A stretch of 64,000 nucleotides of DNA, from positions 422-64,421 of the forward strand of contig WJIU01000037.1 of the NCBI GenBank assembly GCA_014730115.1, written 5' to 3'. The notes beneath the pieces are model-generated. The model was not told where the DNA came from. It did no database searches and saw only the letters and a program-made list of their open reading frames with translations. Position 1 is the first letter of the stretch; each line of letters opens with the position of its first letter. Below are positions 8,725 to 17,666 of the stretch, piece after piece. Source of the DNA: Candidatus Micrarchaeota archaeon. Its GTDB lineage: Archaea > Micrarchaeota > Micrarchaeia > Anstonellales > Bilamarchaeaceae. Made by a program: the position numbers and the translations under genes.

Positions 8725-9552
8725 CTATAGCCCAAGGAAATAATCAGAAAGCTTCACATAGTGGGTGGTTGAACCCCGGTCTATCTCTATTATTCTCCTT
8801 TTCTCAAGCCGGTTTAGCGCCATGGAAAGGGATGATTTGCTGATTCCTGTTTTCCTTTCCAGGGTGTTGCGCCTGGCCTTGCCGCCGCTCTTCAGCAGAT
8901 AGTTCACAATGCCCTTGCCGTTATCGTTGAATGTGCCCATCATCTCCCTCTTTCCCTCAGTCAGGGCAAGGCTTTTCTTCTTCTCCTGCTTTTCCTGCCT
9001 TTTGAGTGACAATCCCAGAATGATGGACGCAATTATTATTGCCCCGGCAAGGGCAAGAAGCCCGGTGCTGGCATTCTGCTCCGGCGGCGGCGGGAGGCTT
9101 TCAAGCCTGTACTCCACAACAGCCACAGTGGCGCTGCCCACGGTTATCCGGGCCCTTGAGCCTTCGGAAGAAATCTGCTCAGGATTGGGTGAAACGCTTT
9201 CGATTGTGCTGTACGGCGGCATGAAGACTGTGGCTTCAGAGCCTTCGGGCGGGGAGAAGGCAAGCGTCCACAGCGACCCGCTTTTGCTGGTCAGGGAATT
9301 GCTGGAAAATGAGAAGGATGCAAGGCCTGTTTTTCCTGCATTTACAAAGGCAGTATCATTGGATATGGAATAGGAGCCGCCCACAACCATGAAGCTTCCT
9401 GCATCCGGCGGCAGTGCAACCTCGGCATGCCCCTCATCCTGGAGGGACACGGTTACTGAGGCATGGCCTGCCCTGTCCACATCAACATTGTACATGGTTG
9501 ATGCGCCTGCAACTGAAACCAGCGCCAGGAGCAAAATCAAAGGCTTGTTCAT
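8725..9552 (-). CDS. membrane-tethered winged-helix regulator (extracellular domain, one TM, cytoplasmic wHTH)
   Basis: Signal peptide MNKPLILLLALVSVAGA, TM helix GLLALAGAIIIASIILGL, then IVNYLLKSGGKARRNTLERKTGISKSSLSMALNRLEKRRIIEI (MarR/TrmB-like wHTH). Confidence 0.7.
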   Translation of the reverse strand: MNKPLILLLALVSVAGASTMYNVDVDRAGHASVTVSLQDEGHAEVALPPDAGSFMVVGGSYSISNDTAFVNAGKTGLASFSFSSNSLTSKSGSLWTLAFSPPEGSEATVFMPPYSTIESVSPNPEQISSEGSRARITVGSATVAVVEYRLESLPPPPEQNASTGLLALAGAIIIASIILGLSLKRQEKQEKKKSLALTEGKREMMGTFNDNGKGIVNYLLKSGGKARRNTLERKTGISKSSLSMALNRLEKRRIIEIDRGSTTHYVKLSDYFLGL

Positions 9553-9633
9553 GGTTGTTCACACCTGTTCCTGGGAATAAATATATTCCGTTCATGCTTT
9601 ATAAATCCGGCCATCTGGCCGGGGTTGATAAAT

Positions 9634-10428
9634 ATGAAAAATTTGTTTGTGGTTTTCGCTGTTCTGGCGCTGCTTGCGGTGCCTGCAATGGCCGAGGACA
9701 ATGCAACAGGAAATGTCAGTGAGGCCAATGACTCCAATGCAACACTTGCGGATACCAATGTGACTGAGGAAGAAGTAACCCTTCCCGGGGAATTCCTGTA
9801 CGGGTTCCAGAGGTTCTTTGAGAATGTGGACAAGTTCTTCACACTGGACAAGGCAGAGAAGGCAAAAAAGCATGCCAGATACGGAAAGCTCCGTGCGGTT
9901 GAGGCCCACCTTATGACCAAGAAGGCCCAGAAGCTTGCTGCACAGGGAGACCCTGGCGCTGCCAATGAAACCCTTGAAACCGTCCAGGAGCTTATGGAAG
10001 ACCAGGCTGAGGAGACCGAAGCTGCCCGGGAGAACCTTGAAGAGGCCCTGGACGAAGGCTCTGCGGATGAAGAGGACGTGCAGGAAGTGGAAGGCCAGCT
10101 GCGCAACAGCATAGTGGTGCTTCAGCGGGTTTATGAGAAGGTTCCCGAGCCCGCCAAGGAGGGTATAGCCAGGGCGCTGAACAACTCCATCTCCAACCAG
10201 GAAAGGCATGAGGAGAGGATGGAGGAAAAAGTTCAGGAAAGGCTGAACCAGACCCTTGGAAACATCACCCGGGGCGGCCCTCCTCCGTTTGTGCAGGCAC
10301 AGAACCAGACCGGGCCCGGCAACTCCCAGGGCAAGGTTCCTGAAACGGTAAATGCAACCGAAGCCACAGAGCAGGGCAAGGCCCACGGAAAAGGGAATTC
10401 AGAAGGCAATGAGACTGGGGAGGACTAA
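9634..10428 (+). CDS. secreted acidic helical protein with a sequon-rich N-terminal linker
   Basis: ATG at 9634 (the track start 9625 is TTG). Signal peptide MKNLFVVFAVLALLAVPAMA, then NAT/NVS/NDS/NAT/NVT within about 25 aa, then a Glu-rich helical body. Confidence 0.7.
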   Translation: MKNLFVVFAVLALLAVPAMAEDNATGNVSEANDSNATLADTNVTEEEVTLPGEFLYGFQRFFENVDKFFTLDKAEKAKKHARYGKLRAVEAHLMTKKAQKLAAQGDPGAANETLETVQELMEDQAEETEAARENLEEALDEGSADEEDVQEVEGQLRNSIVVLQRVYEKVPEPAKEGIARALNNSISNQERHEERMEEKVQERLNQTLGNITRGGPPPFVQAQNQTGPGNSQGKVPETVNATEATEQGKAHGKGNSEGNETGED

Positions 10429-10442
10429 GGCAGGCGACCGGT

Positions 10443-10461
10443 CCCTTTTTTTCTTTTTTTT
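10443..10461 (+). terminator. oligo-T terminator candidate
   Basis: CCCTTTTTTTCTTTTTTTTG lies 15 nt after the stop at 10428. Confidence 0.45.
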
Positions 10462-10526
10462 GAAATGCCCGCCATACTTTTCCAGACAACTAAACAATTA
10501 AAATAACAACTCCCCAAAATGGAATT

Positions 10527-11141
10527 ATGTCAGACTCAGAAGGATTGATGGTTGAGGGAAAAAGCAGGCTTACAGTGCTGGTGATAGAGGACAACGGGCA
10601 ATTCGGTGACAATGCGATGGAGGCCCTGAAAGGCCACCGGGCGATGCTGGCCACCACCCTGGATGATGCACTCATGGTGCTTAATTCCATTGAGGTGGAT
10701 GCAGTGCTTTCCGATGTCCATTTTCCTGCCAACCATGGGGACAAGGCCAGGGAAAACATCCTTCCGGTGATGATGATTGCACTTGAGAAGAATATTCCCC
10801 TGTCCGTTGTCACCGGGGCAGACCACCACGGAAACCCGGAAAACCAGGATGAGGGCTTTGTGGCGCTCAGCGCATTCACGCCGGACCAGCTTCTCCTGAG
10901 CCTATCGTCCCCTGCAGAAAAAAACTGCCCGCTGATGAGGAATCTTGCTGCTTCAGACAGCATAACCATCAGGTCTGATTCAAAGACCCCGAAAATATGG
11001 GGGCGCTCCCTGGACATGCTCATGAATGCTTGCGCCAGACCCAAATCAGGGCTTGGAATGGCAATGAAGCAGGTCAGGAAGCTCGGGCTAAGCGTTACTG
11101 CAAAGGACGGGGTGCCCAGGGTTACGCTGAGAAAAAAGTAA
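10527..11141 (+). CDS. orphan receiver (CheY-like) domain protein with an unknown C-terminal half
   Basis: LTVLVIEDNG (acidic pocket), AVLSDVHFP (phospho-acceptor-type D-x-x-x-P) and PLSVVTGA (T/S position). No kinase in the window. Confidence 0.5.
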   Translation: MSDSEGLMVEGKSRLTVLVIEDNGQFGDNAMEALKGHRAMLATTLDDALMVLNSIEVDAVLSDVHFPANHGDKARENILPVMMIALEKNIPLSVVTGADHHGNPENQDEGFVALSAFTPDQLLLSLSSPAEKNCPLMRNLAASDSITIRSDSKTPKIWGRSLDMLMNACARPKSGLGMAMKQVRKLGLSVTAKDGVPRVTLRKK

Positions 11142-11184
11142 GTTATATATATCACTTGTTTTTCATTAACCACCGGTGAAAAAC

Positions 11185-11775
11185 ATGAATCTGGCATATA
11201 CCTCATTCGGACTGCTGGCCCTCAGCATTTTTCTGATGCTGGGCTGTGTGACTGTTGAGGAAACGGAAAATATTTCAGAAAACGTTTCAATTGAGTATGG
11301 CGAGGAAGACGAAGGCACTGGGCCTGTGGAAAATGAGACTGAAGCGCCTGACAATGAGACAGAGGCCCCCCCGGCAGATGAAACCCCTGATGAGGGAGTG
11401 GAGTGGGGAGACGAATGCGAGTCTGACTTTGAATGCTCATTTTCAGACAATGAGGACTGCGAATACGGCTACTGCGTGGTGCAGGACTGCAAATTCGCAT
11501 CTGACTGCGAAGAAGGGCAGCATTGCTTCCACGGAGAATGCTACACCGAAGCAGAGCTTTATGCCGAATTTCCGGAGTGCACCATCAGCACTTTGTACTG
11601 CGACATCCCCTGTGACAACTGCGAGAAGGGCCAGAGGAAGTGCATCCTGACCGGCCACAGCGTAAACCAGACAGAAGTAAACTACAGGGTATGCGTGGAG
11701 TGCACAATGGATTCAGCCTGCAAGGAAGGCTACAGGTGCGTGGACCACTACTGTGTCCCCGGGCCTGAAAGCTAA
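11185..11775 (+). CDS. Cys-rich secreted lipoprotein
   Basis: ATG at 11185 (the track start 11176 is GTG). Lipobox LMLGC, a sequon-rich acidic linker (NIS, NVS, NET, NET), and repeated modules C-x5-C-x6/8-C as in DCKFASDCEEGQHCFHGECY and CTMDSACKEGYRCVDHYCV. Confidence 0.7.
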   Translation: MNLAYTSFGLLALSIFLMLGCVTVEETENISENVSIEYGEEDEGTGPVENETEAPDNETEAPPADETPDEGVEWGDECESDFECSFSDNEDCEYGYCVVQDCKFASDCEEGQHCFHGECYTEAELYAEFPECTISTLYCDIPCDNCEKGQRKCILTGHSVNQTEVNYRVCVECTMDSACKEGYRCVDHYCVPGPES

Positions 11776-12191
11776 TCCTCTTTCTCTTTTTTCCTGAATT
11801 CCAGGGCAGCTGAATTGATGCAGTACCTTTTCCCGGCAGGCCCCGGGCCGTCGTCAAAAACATGGCCCAGGTGGCCCCTGCACCGGCTGCAGAGCACCTC
11901 GGTTCTTTCTGCCCCGGGGGCATAATCGGGCTTCTTGTCTATATTTTCCTCTTTTATGGGCTTGCAGAAGCTGGGCCAGCCGGTCCCTGAATCAAACTTG
12001 GCTTCAGAGGAGAAGAGCTCCTGGCCGCACCCGGCGCATGCATAGACTCCTTTCTCCTTGTTGTGCAGAAGCTCTCCGGTGAACGGCCGCTCGGTTGCCT
12101 TGAGCCTTAAAATCTCATACTGCTTGCTGCTAAGCTTCTTTTTCCACCCTTCCTCGGTTTCAGGAATGTCTGCCATGAAATCCAATTCCAT
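11772..12191 (-). CDS. msrB: peptide-methionine (R)-S-oxide reductase
   Basis: CAGCGQ and CSRCRGHLGHVFDDGP motifs, and GTGWPSF. Confidence 0.9.
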   Translation of the reverse strand: MELDFMADIPETEEGWKKKLSSKQYEILRLKATERPFTGELLHNKEKGVYACAGCGQELFSSEAKFDSGTGWPSFCKPIKEENIDKKPDYAPGAERTEVLCSRCRGHLGHVFDDGPGPAGKRYCINSAALEFRKKEKED

Positions 12192-12228
12192 GATTCAGAA
12201 TAAAAGGATTCCTGGAAAAAACAGAACC

Positions 12229-12780
12229 ATGGGATTCCTCTCAATTGACCTTGCCGCCGATGAGAAGAACACAACCGGCATGGCGGTGCTGGAAAAAGGC
12301 ACCACCACCTTCTCGGTGCACTCTGACCGGGAAATTCTGGAGGCTGCGGAAAAATACCGGCCGGAGCTGGTCGGCATAGATGCCCCCCTTTCCCTGCCGT
12401 ATGGAAGAAAGGACATCAGCGAAAGGAACGGCAGGCACTTCCGGGAGTGCGACCTGGAGCTCAGGAAGCTGGGCATCCGGTTCTTTCCCATCACAATAGG
12501 TGGAATGAGAAGGCTCACCCGGAGGGGAATGAAGCTAAAGGAAATGCTGGAAGGCAGGGGGTACAGGGTGGTGGAGATATTCCCCGGCGCATCCTTTGAC
12601 CTTCTTGGCATTGAAAGAAAGCATGTAGTCAAAGCAAATGAGTTCCTTGGCTGCAAGGCCTCAAACGTCCATGAAAGCGACGCGGCAATAGGGGCTTATA
12701 CCCTGTTTTTATATTCAAAAGGAAAGGCAGAATTCCTGTCAGGAAAAGACGGGGAGATTCTGGTACCCTCACCTGCCTAG
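12229..12780 (+). CDS. DUF429-like (RNase H-fold) protein
   Basis: MGFLSIDLAA...ELVGIDAPLSLP is typical of DUF429. The track start at 12058 lies inside msrB on the other strand; ATG at 12229 is more plausible. Confidence 0.6.
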   Translation: MGFLSIDLAADEKNTTGMAVLEKGTTTFSVHSDREILEAAEKYRPELVGIDAPLSLPYGRKDISERNGRHFRECDLELRKLGIRFFPITIGGMRRLTRRGMKLKEMLEGRGYRVVEIFPGASFDLLGIERKHVVKANEFLGCKASNVHESDAAIGAYTLFLYSKGKAEFLSGKDGEILVPSPA

Positions 12781-13602
12781 CACACTCTGAACCGCTTTTT
12801 TGAACCTTTCATTGTTTACCAGGAGGTCCAGGCAGTAATCTCCCCTTTCCCCAATCACAAAGTAGTCCTGGCCGGTTTCCCTGGCCCGTTCAATGATGTC
12901 CCCTCTTTCAAAGGTTCTCAGCAATGCAGCAACACCCTCACCGTCCAGCCCGGTGGCCTTTCTGACCTGGCCGGTGGTGTCATTGCCCAGGTGCAGTGCG
13001 GCAAGGCAAAGAAGTTCATGATCGCTGAAGAACTTGTCAATCTGCTCAGGCGCTTTCCGGGAATCGATGTTTTCCATGAGCTCTTTTACACAGGGCTCTT
13101 CCAGTGCGGATTCTGCAATCTGCCTTCCGTCAAGGTTCAGGAAGTACTGCCTGGGAAAGTCCGTTGAATTCTCTCCTTTGCAGGCAAGGCCCTTCACACT
13201 GAGGAGAAGCAGGGCGGCGTGTGCCTCCACGGCAGTAAGCCCGGTCTTTTCTGAAATCTCCCCAAGGCCCATGGTTTCATTACCGAGCACCGCCATGCAG
13301 AGCAGCTCGTTGTCGCTGAATTTCCTGGCAAGGGAGCGCTCCGGGTCGGCAACTGCTTCTGACGCATCCCTTAGCAGCTGCCTGGCGTCTTTTGAAAGGG
13401 CCTCTTCTTTCATGTGCTGCATCACATCACTAAAGCTCCCCCCAGACCTGAAATCGTCCCCGGCAGTTCCTTCTGCCATGACCGAATACCTGGCCCTGCA
13501 GAAAGGTAGCCTTCTTGCACGTATGTGAACCTTTTGGTCACTGGCTGTGGTGATTGCAACAGCATTTCTTGAAAGCAGCCCTCTCCACGACCTTAAAATC
13601 AT
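12769..13602 (-). CDS. hypothetical protein with two wHTH-like repeat modules (paralog of the upstream gene)
   Basis: Modules KFSDNELLCMAVLGNETMGLGEISEKTGLTAVEAHAALLLLSVKGL and KFFSDHELLCLAALHLGNDTTGQVRKATGLDGEGVAALLRTFERGDI. The start overlaps the upstream stop (ATGA). Confidence 0.7.
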   Translation of the reverse strand: MILRSWRGLLSRNAVAITTASDQKVHIRARRLPFCRARYSVMAEGTAGDDFRSGGSFSDVMQHMKEEALSKDARQLLRDASEAVADPERSLARKFSDNELLCMAVLGNETMGLGEISEKTGLTAVEAHAALLLLSVKGLACKGENSTDFPRQYFLNLDGRQIAESALEEPCVKELMENIDSRKAPEQIDKFFSDHELLCLAALHLGNDTTGQVRKATGLDGEGVAALLRTFERGDIIERARETGQDYFVIGERGDYCLDLLVNNERFKKAVQSVLGR

Positions 13603-14165
13603 CCTATTCCCCAGGCTGCATTTTCATTTGCTTTATCCAGAATATCCTGGAATTTCTTTTCCTCTGAAAGAAGATGAACCATCCTTTTCCCGGTGTGCTT
13701 CAGCCCATAGAATCTTGGCGAGCCCTCTTCAGGCTCAGAGCGGTAGACCAGGTTGCTTTTCCGGAGGTTTGCAAGGGCCATTGCAGCATCCAGCTCGGAG
13801 ATGCCCCCCTTTTCGGCAATCCTGCCAAGCGATTCGGCCCCGGGGGTGAGCACCGCCATGCAGGCAAGCTGATTTTCTGTGAAAAACGTCGTCAGTCTTC
13901 TGCCCGGGTCGGAAATGCTTTCCGCAACTTCCCTGAGCAGCTCAACCCCCTCCGGGTTGCCGCTGGCTTTCAGTGAATCAAGAACAGAGATGAAGTTTCC
14001 GGATTCCTTGAATGGCTGCCTTTTATGGTATTCCACCAGAATGTCATATCTTCCTCCTGTGATGAAGCCTTTCCTTGCCCTTACTGTAAACCTCTTGTTC
14101 CCCAGGGAATCGGTTCCTTCTGCTGTTTTTCCAAAAAGCCGTTTGCCTGTAACTATGCTTTTCAT
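13599..14165 (-). CDS. hypothetical protein with one wHTH-like module (paralog of the downstream gene)
   Basis: TFFTENQLACMAVLTPGAESLGRIAEKGGISELDAAMALANLRKSNLV. The N-terminal TVRARKGFITGGRYDILVE matches HIRARRLPFCRARYSVMAE of the neighbour. GGTGA sits 5 nt before the ATG at 14165. Confidence 0.7.
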   Translation of the reverse strand: MKSIVTGKRLFGKTAEGTDSLGNKRFTVRARKGFITGGRYDILVEYHKRQPFKESGNFISVLDSLKASGNPEGVELLREVAESISDPGRRLTTFFTENQLACMAVLTPGAESLGRIAEKGGISELDAAMALANLRKSNLVYRSEPEEGSPRFYGLKHTGKRMVHLLSEEKKFQDILDKANENAAWGIG

Positions 14166-14238
14166 AATTGTCACCATTTGAATATATTTTCTATAATTGC
14201 ATTTTTATACATTTCCTTACACTAGTAATCCAGGTAAT

Positions 14239-14721
14239 ATGCGCTTTTTACAAAAGAAAGCAGAAAGAGGGGACAAAAAGCCGGGGCGCGTTGCGGCAGC
14301 AGTGCTTGCCTCCGGGCTTATGCTTTCCTGCTCAGGCGCCCCCAGGAAAGGAAATGTTTACACCTTCTGCCCCTACAATGTAACCGGGCCCAAGCTCACT
14401 GCCAGGTGCAATTCAGGGCTTGGGTGCAGGTTCACTGCAAGAGAAGGGGAAAGAATCCTGAAAGCAGAGATATTCGGTTCTGAATACGGGGAATGCTCCA
14501 AGACCGGAGAGGAGAGGCTGAGCATCTACGGCATCCGGGATTCCAGGGTGCTTTTCATAACAGAGAGGGAAATATACGGTAGAAAGACCACCAGGGAAAC
14601 CCTTTCCGTTCCATTGAACAACAGCCCGGCTGAGATTCCGGTGATGGACCGGAAGGCAGAGATTTCTGTTAAGAGAACTGAAGACCCATCAGTTGTCCGG
14701 GTAAAGGTAAAGCTGAAATAA
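14239..14721 (+). CDS. lipoprotein, hypothetical
   Basis: ATG at 14239 gives MRFLQKKAERGDKKPGRVAAAVLASGLMLSCSG, a signal peptide with lipobox. Confidence 0.6.
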   Translation: MRFLQKKAERGDKKPGRVAAAVLASGLMLSCSGAPRKGNVYTFCPYNVTGPKLTARCNSGLGCRFTAREGERILKAEIFGSEYGECSKTGEERLSIYGIRDSRVLFITEREIYGRKTTRETLSVPLNNSPAEIPVMDRKAEISVKRTEDPSVVRVKVKLK

Positions 14722-14729
14722 GGGAAAAC

Positions 14730-15188
14730 ATGCCCATGCCCCATAAGGAATTCCTGGGAATCGTTGCCGTGCTCGCCCTGGGCATTGTGATTTTTGTCGG
14801 CTCTTCCGTAATCAGCTTCGGGCAGGACCTGCTTTCCGGCTCCCGGCCGGATGTTTCTGTTGCTGTGGCGCCACCCGAAAAATTCTATGCGCCCTCGGAG
14901 TTCCTTCCTCCGGCATGCAACTGCTCCCTGGTAAGTGACATGGGCGGAAAGGCTGTTTATGCTGCAGACTGCGGGAATCTGAATGAGAACAAGATTATTG
15001 AATACGCCCACCGGAGGCTCGCAAGGTCAGGGTATGAGCCGGACTGGGCAATACAGAAACGAAACTCTTCCTTTATCTCCTATGCAAAAAGGCACTCGGT
15101 TACAGGCAATGCCTGCTCATATATTGAAATGGGGTTCCTTTTCCACAGATTAATGAACGCTACCGTAGAAAACGGGGGCCCCTGCTGA
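14730..15188 (+). CDS. membrane-anchored hypothetical protein
   Basis: N-terminal TM helix FLGIVAVLALGIVIFVGSSVI. Starts 9 nt after the preceding stop. Confidence 0.55.
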   Translation: MPMPHKEFLGIVAVLALGIVIFVGSSVISFGQDLLSGSRPDVSVAVAPPEKFYAPSEFLPPACNCSLVSDMGGKAVYAADCGNLNENKIIEYAHRRLARSGYEPDWAIQKRNSSFISYAKRHSVTGNACSYIEMGFLFHRLMNATVENGGPC

Positions 15189-15246
15189 TTTCAACATATT
15201 AAGAGCTTTTATAAACACTTTTAGACACAGTATAAATGATATCAAA

Positions 15247-16704
15247 ATGAAAAGGCTGATAGTAAGGGACACCCTGAATAACAGGAAAGCCTGCCTAAGT
15301 ATCAAAGGCAAGGAAGTGCTGACCTCGGAATTCAGGGGCCCGGAAAAACCGGAGTATGTGCTTACCTGCTCCCATCGCGATTCCCACACCCACCCTGTTC
15401 TCTACCCTCTCTTCTTCGGTGCTCTGGAGCCGGTAATGCTCAATGAAACAACCGACAAGGCTGAAATCCTGGATAAGCTAAGAAAAAAAGAAGGGGATGG
15501 CCCCATTGTTGCTTATGAATACAAGCTTACTGCAGGCCTCACTGCCCGGGACCTGGAGGAATTCGGCCGGGATGTCTGGCTGGTTGACTCTTCCTTCCAC
15601 AGCGGGGTGGCAAGCCGCAGGCTGCTCAATAAGATATCCGAAAGGAAAGGCACCTTCATGTTCGGAGAATTCTCTTCAAAAATGATAAGCGAGGACTACA
15701 ATTTTCTTGCAATGGCCATCATGGAAGAGCAGGCCCGGGAAAAGGGAATTGCCCGGGCAGTAAAATGGATGAAGGCAAGGATTGCCGAGGGCACCACCTC
15801 CATGGATGAGAAGCTGGTGATGACTGAAACCGGGTGGGACATTTTCAAGGCTGCATCAAAGGAAGTGAAAAATGAGCTTGGATACCAGCCGATTCGTTCG
15901 GTTTATGTTTCCCATAATATCTTCATCAGGAATCCGAAAAAATATGCTGACGAAGCCGGGGAGCTGGGCATTCCGCTGGGAGTCAAGTGGATTGCAGACG
16001 GCGGCCTTGGCTCAAAGACCGCCGCACTGGAGCACTACTCGTACTCAGACGGCAGCAAAGGACAGCTCACCCTGCCCGTTGACATAAGGGACATTCAGAA
16101 TGCAGGGGATTATGCAATGATGCTCAGGTACAGCGGAATAAGAAGGCTGGCCTGCCACGCAATAGGCGACCTGGCAATCGGAATCATGCTCAATGCCGTC
16201 CCGGAATTCAGGAATGCAGGGATTGATGTTTCCCTGGAGCACTTCGAGCTTCCGACCAGAAGCCAGATTGACACAGCTGCAGCCATGGGCCTGCCTCTCA
16301 GCCTGCAGCCGAACTATTCCACAGAGGTCTGGCGCTATGCACCCTGGCTGGGTGAAGCCGCAACCTCGATTAATCCGTTGAAAACACTACTTAATGCCTA
16401 TAGTAAAAACGGCGCTGAAGACAGGATAAGATTCGGCACCGACGGCATGCCCCAGAGCATGCTCTGGGCTATTGCATGCGGAGTCAACCACCCTCTGGGC
16501 AAAGAAAGGATTTCTATTGGTGAGGCAGTAAGGCACAGCCGGGACCCCGGGGGGATTATGGTCCTGAAAAACGAAACCTATGAAAGGCTTCAAGAACCAA
16601 CGCTTAAAAAAGATTCAGAAAGCAGGGAAGCGAGCGCCGCCAGGCTGCACGATGGAGTGGTGCTGGTTGCCAGGTACAAGAGGATACTGCATACCGTTTT
16701 TTGA
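15247..16704 (+). CDS. amidohydrolase-family metal-dependent hydrolase (TIM barrel)
   Basis: HRDSHTHP (HxH), ACHAIGD and FGTDGMP motifs. TTTTATAAAC box about 45 nt upstream. Confidence 0.75.
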   Translation: MKRLIVRDTLNNRKACLSIKGKEVLTSEFRGPEKPEYVLTCSHRDSHTHPVLYPLFFGALEPVMLNETTDKAEILDKLRKKEGDGPIVAYEYKLTAGLTARDLEEFGRDVWLVDSSFHSGVASRRLLNKISERKGTFMFGEFSSKMISEDYNFLAMAIMEEQAREKGIARAVKWMKARIAEGTTSMDEKLVMTETGWDIFKAASKEVKNELGYQPIRSVYVSHNIFIRNPKKYADEAGELGIPLGVKWIADGGLGSKTAALEHYSYSDGSKGQLTLPVDIRDIQNAGDYAMMLRYSGIRRLACHAIGDLAIGIMLNAVPEFRNAGIDVSLEHFELPTRSQIDTAAAMGLPLSLQPNYSTEVWRYAPWLGEAATSINPLKTLLNAYSKNGAEDRIRFGTDGMPQSMLWAIACGVNHPLGKERISIGEAVRHSRDPGGIMVLKNETYERLQEPTLKKDSESREASAARLHDGVVLVARYKRILHTVF

Positions 16705-16766
16705 AGGCCCTTGCGGGGCCATATTAAAATACATAATACAAATTTTATTCCAGGGAAAGTGGAAGC

Positions 16767-17666
16767 ATGAGAACAATGAGGAGCAGCCGCGACCTGGAAA
16801 AAAAGGATATTCTCTGGATTCTGGAGCGGGCAAAAGAGATTGAGGGGGGAGATGGGAAATCCCTGCAGGGAAGGATTCTCGGGGTGCTGACATTCCGGCC
16901 GAGCCTCAGGACAACTGCATCCATGATGCACTCAATCCTGAAGGCGGGCGGAAGCTATATTCCTCTTGATGCCAGCTACGTGAAATCAGGGGAAGAGGAC
17001 ATGGAGGACACGGCAAAATCAGTTTCAGACCTTGTGGATGTGCTTGCAGTAAGGACCCCCATGGATGTGGAGATTAAAGATTTGGAGGCAGAAGTGCCGA
17101 TGATTAACCTGATGTGCGGGGATGAGCATACCATGGGAGCGCTCTGGTTTTTCTATTCACTGATGAAACGGGGAAAGAACCCGGAGGGCATGAAAATAGG
17201 CATCTATGGACAGGTAAGGTATTCCCAGCCCACCATTGCCATCTGCAGGGCGGGGGCAAAGCTGGGCATGCAGTTCTTTGAAGACCCGGTAGTAAAAGAA
17301 ATCGGCTCCGGAGAAGAGTTCCGTGAGGAGATTGAACGGCTTGGCGGCACAATCACACAGAAGCCCCTGGAGGAATTCATGGGCAATGTGGACATGATGT
17401 GGATTTCAGAGGGCAGGCCAGGGGAGGGGGCAGACCAAAAAATCCTGGTAAAATACCTGGACAGGTACCGGCAGATTACCGAAGATGACTTTGTAAAGGC
17501 GGGGGAAAATGTCTACTGGTACGTGGACGAGCCCCGGACTCTGCCGGACGGGAGGCTAACCGCGGCAAAGGACGTGGACAGTCATCCCAAGCTCCTGAAT
17601 AGACCGGTCATGAGAGAGAGCCTTTTTGTGAACCGCGCTGTCCTTGAATGGGTGCTGGGCTTATGA
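16767..17666 (+). CDS. divergent aspartate/ornithine carbamoyltransferase-fold protein
   Basis: FRPSLRTTAS (compare FxxPSTRTRxSF), KSGEEDMEDTAKSVSDLVDVLAVRTP (compare KGESxxDTxxxxxxxxDxxxxRH), GDEHTMGAL in place of HPTQAL, and DEPRTLP in place of HPLPR. Confidence 0.6.
   Translation: MRTMRSSRDLEKKDILWILERAKEIEGGDGKSLQGRILGVLTFRPSLRTTASMMHSILKAGGSYIPLDASYVKSGEEDMEDTAKSVSDLVDVLAVRTPMDVEIKDLEAEVPMINLMCGDEHTMGALWFFYSLMKRGKNPEGMKIGIYGQVRYSQPTIAICRAGAKLGMQFFEDPVVKEIGSGEEFREEIERLGGTITQKPLEEFMGNVDMMWISEGRPGEGADQKILVKYLDRYRQITEDDFVKAGENVYWYVDEPRTLPDGRLTAAKDVDSHPKLLNRPVMRESLFVNRAVLEWVLGL

Noticed and set aside
9549-10386. Two long minus-strand ORFs (9549..10112 and 9592..10386), plus 10490..11206
   Set aside because: They are Ser/Ala/Leu-rich low-complexity products antisense to the Glu-rich secreted protein and the receiver-like gene. 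This is the typical shadow of GAR-rich coding DNA.
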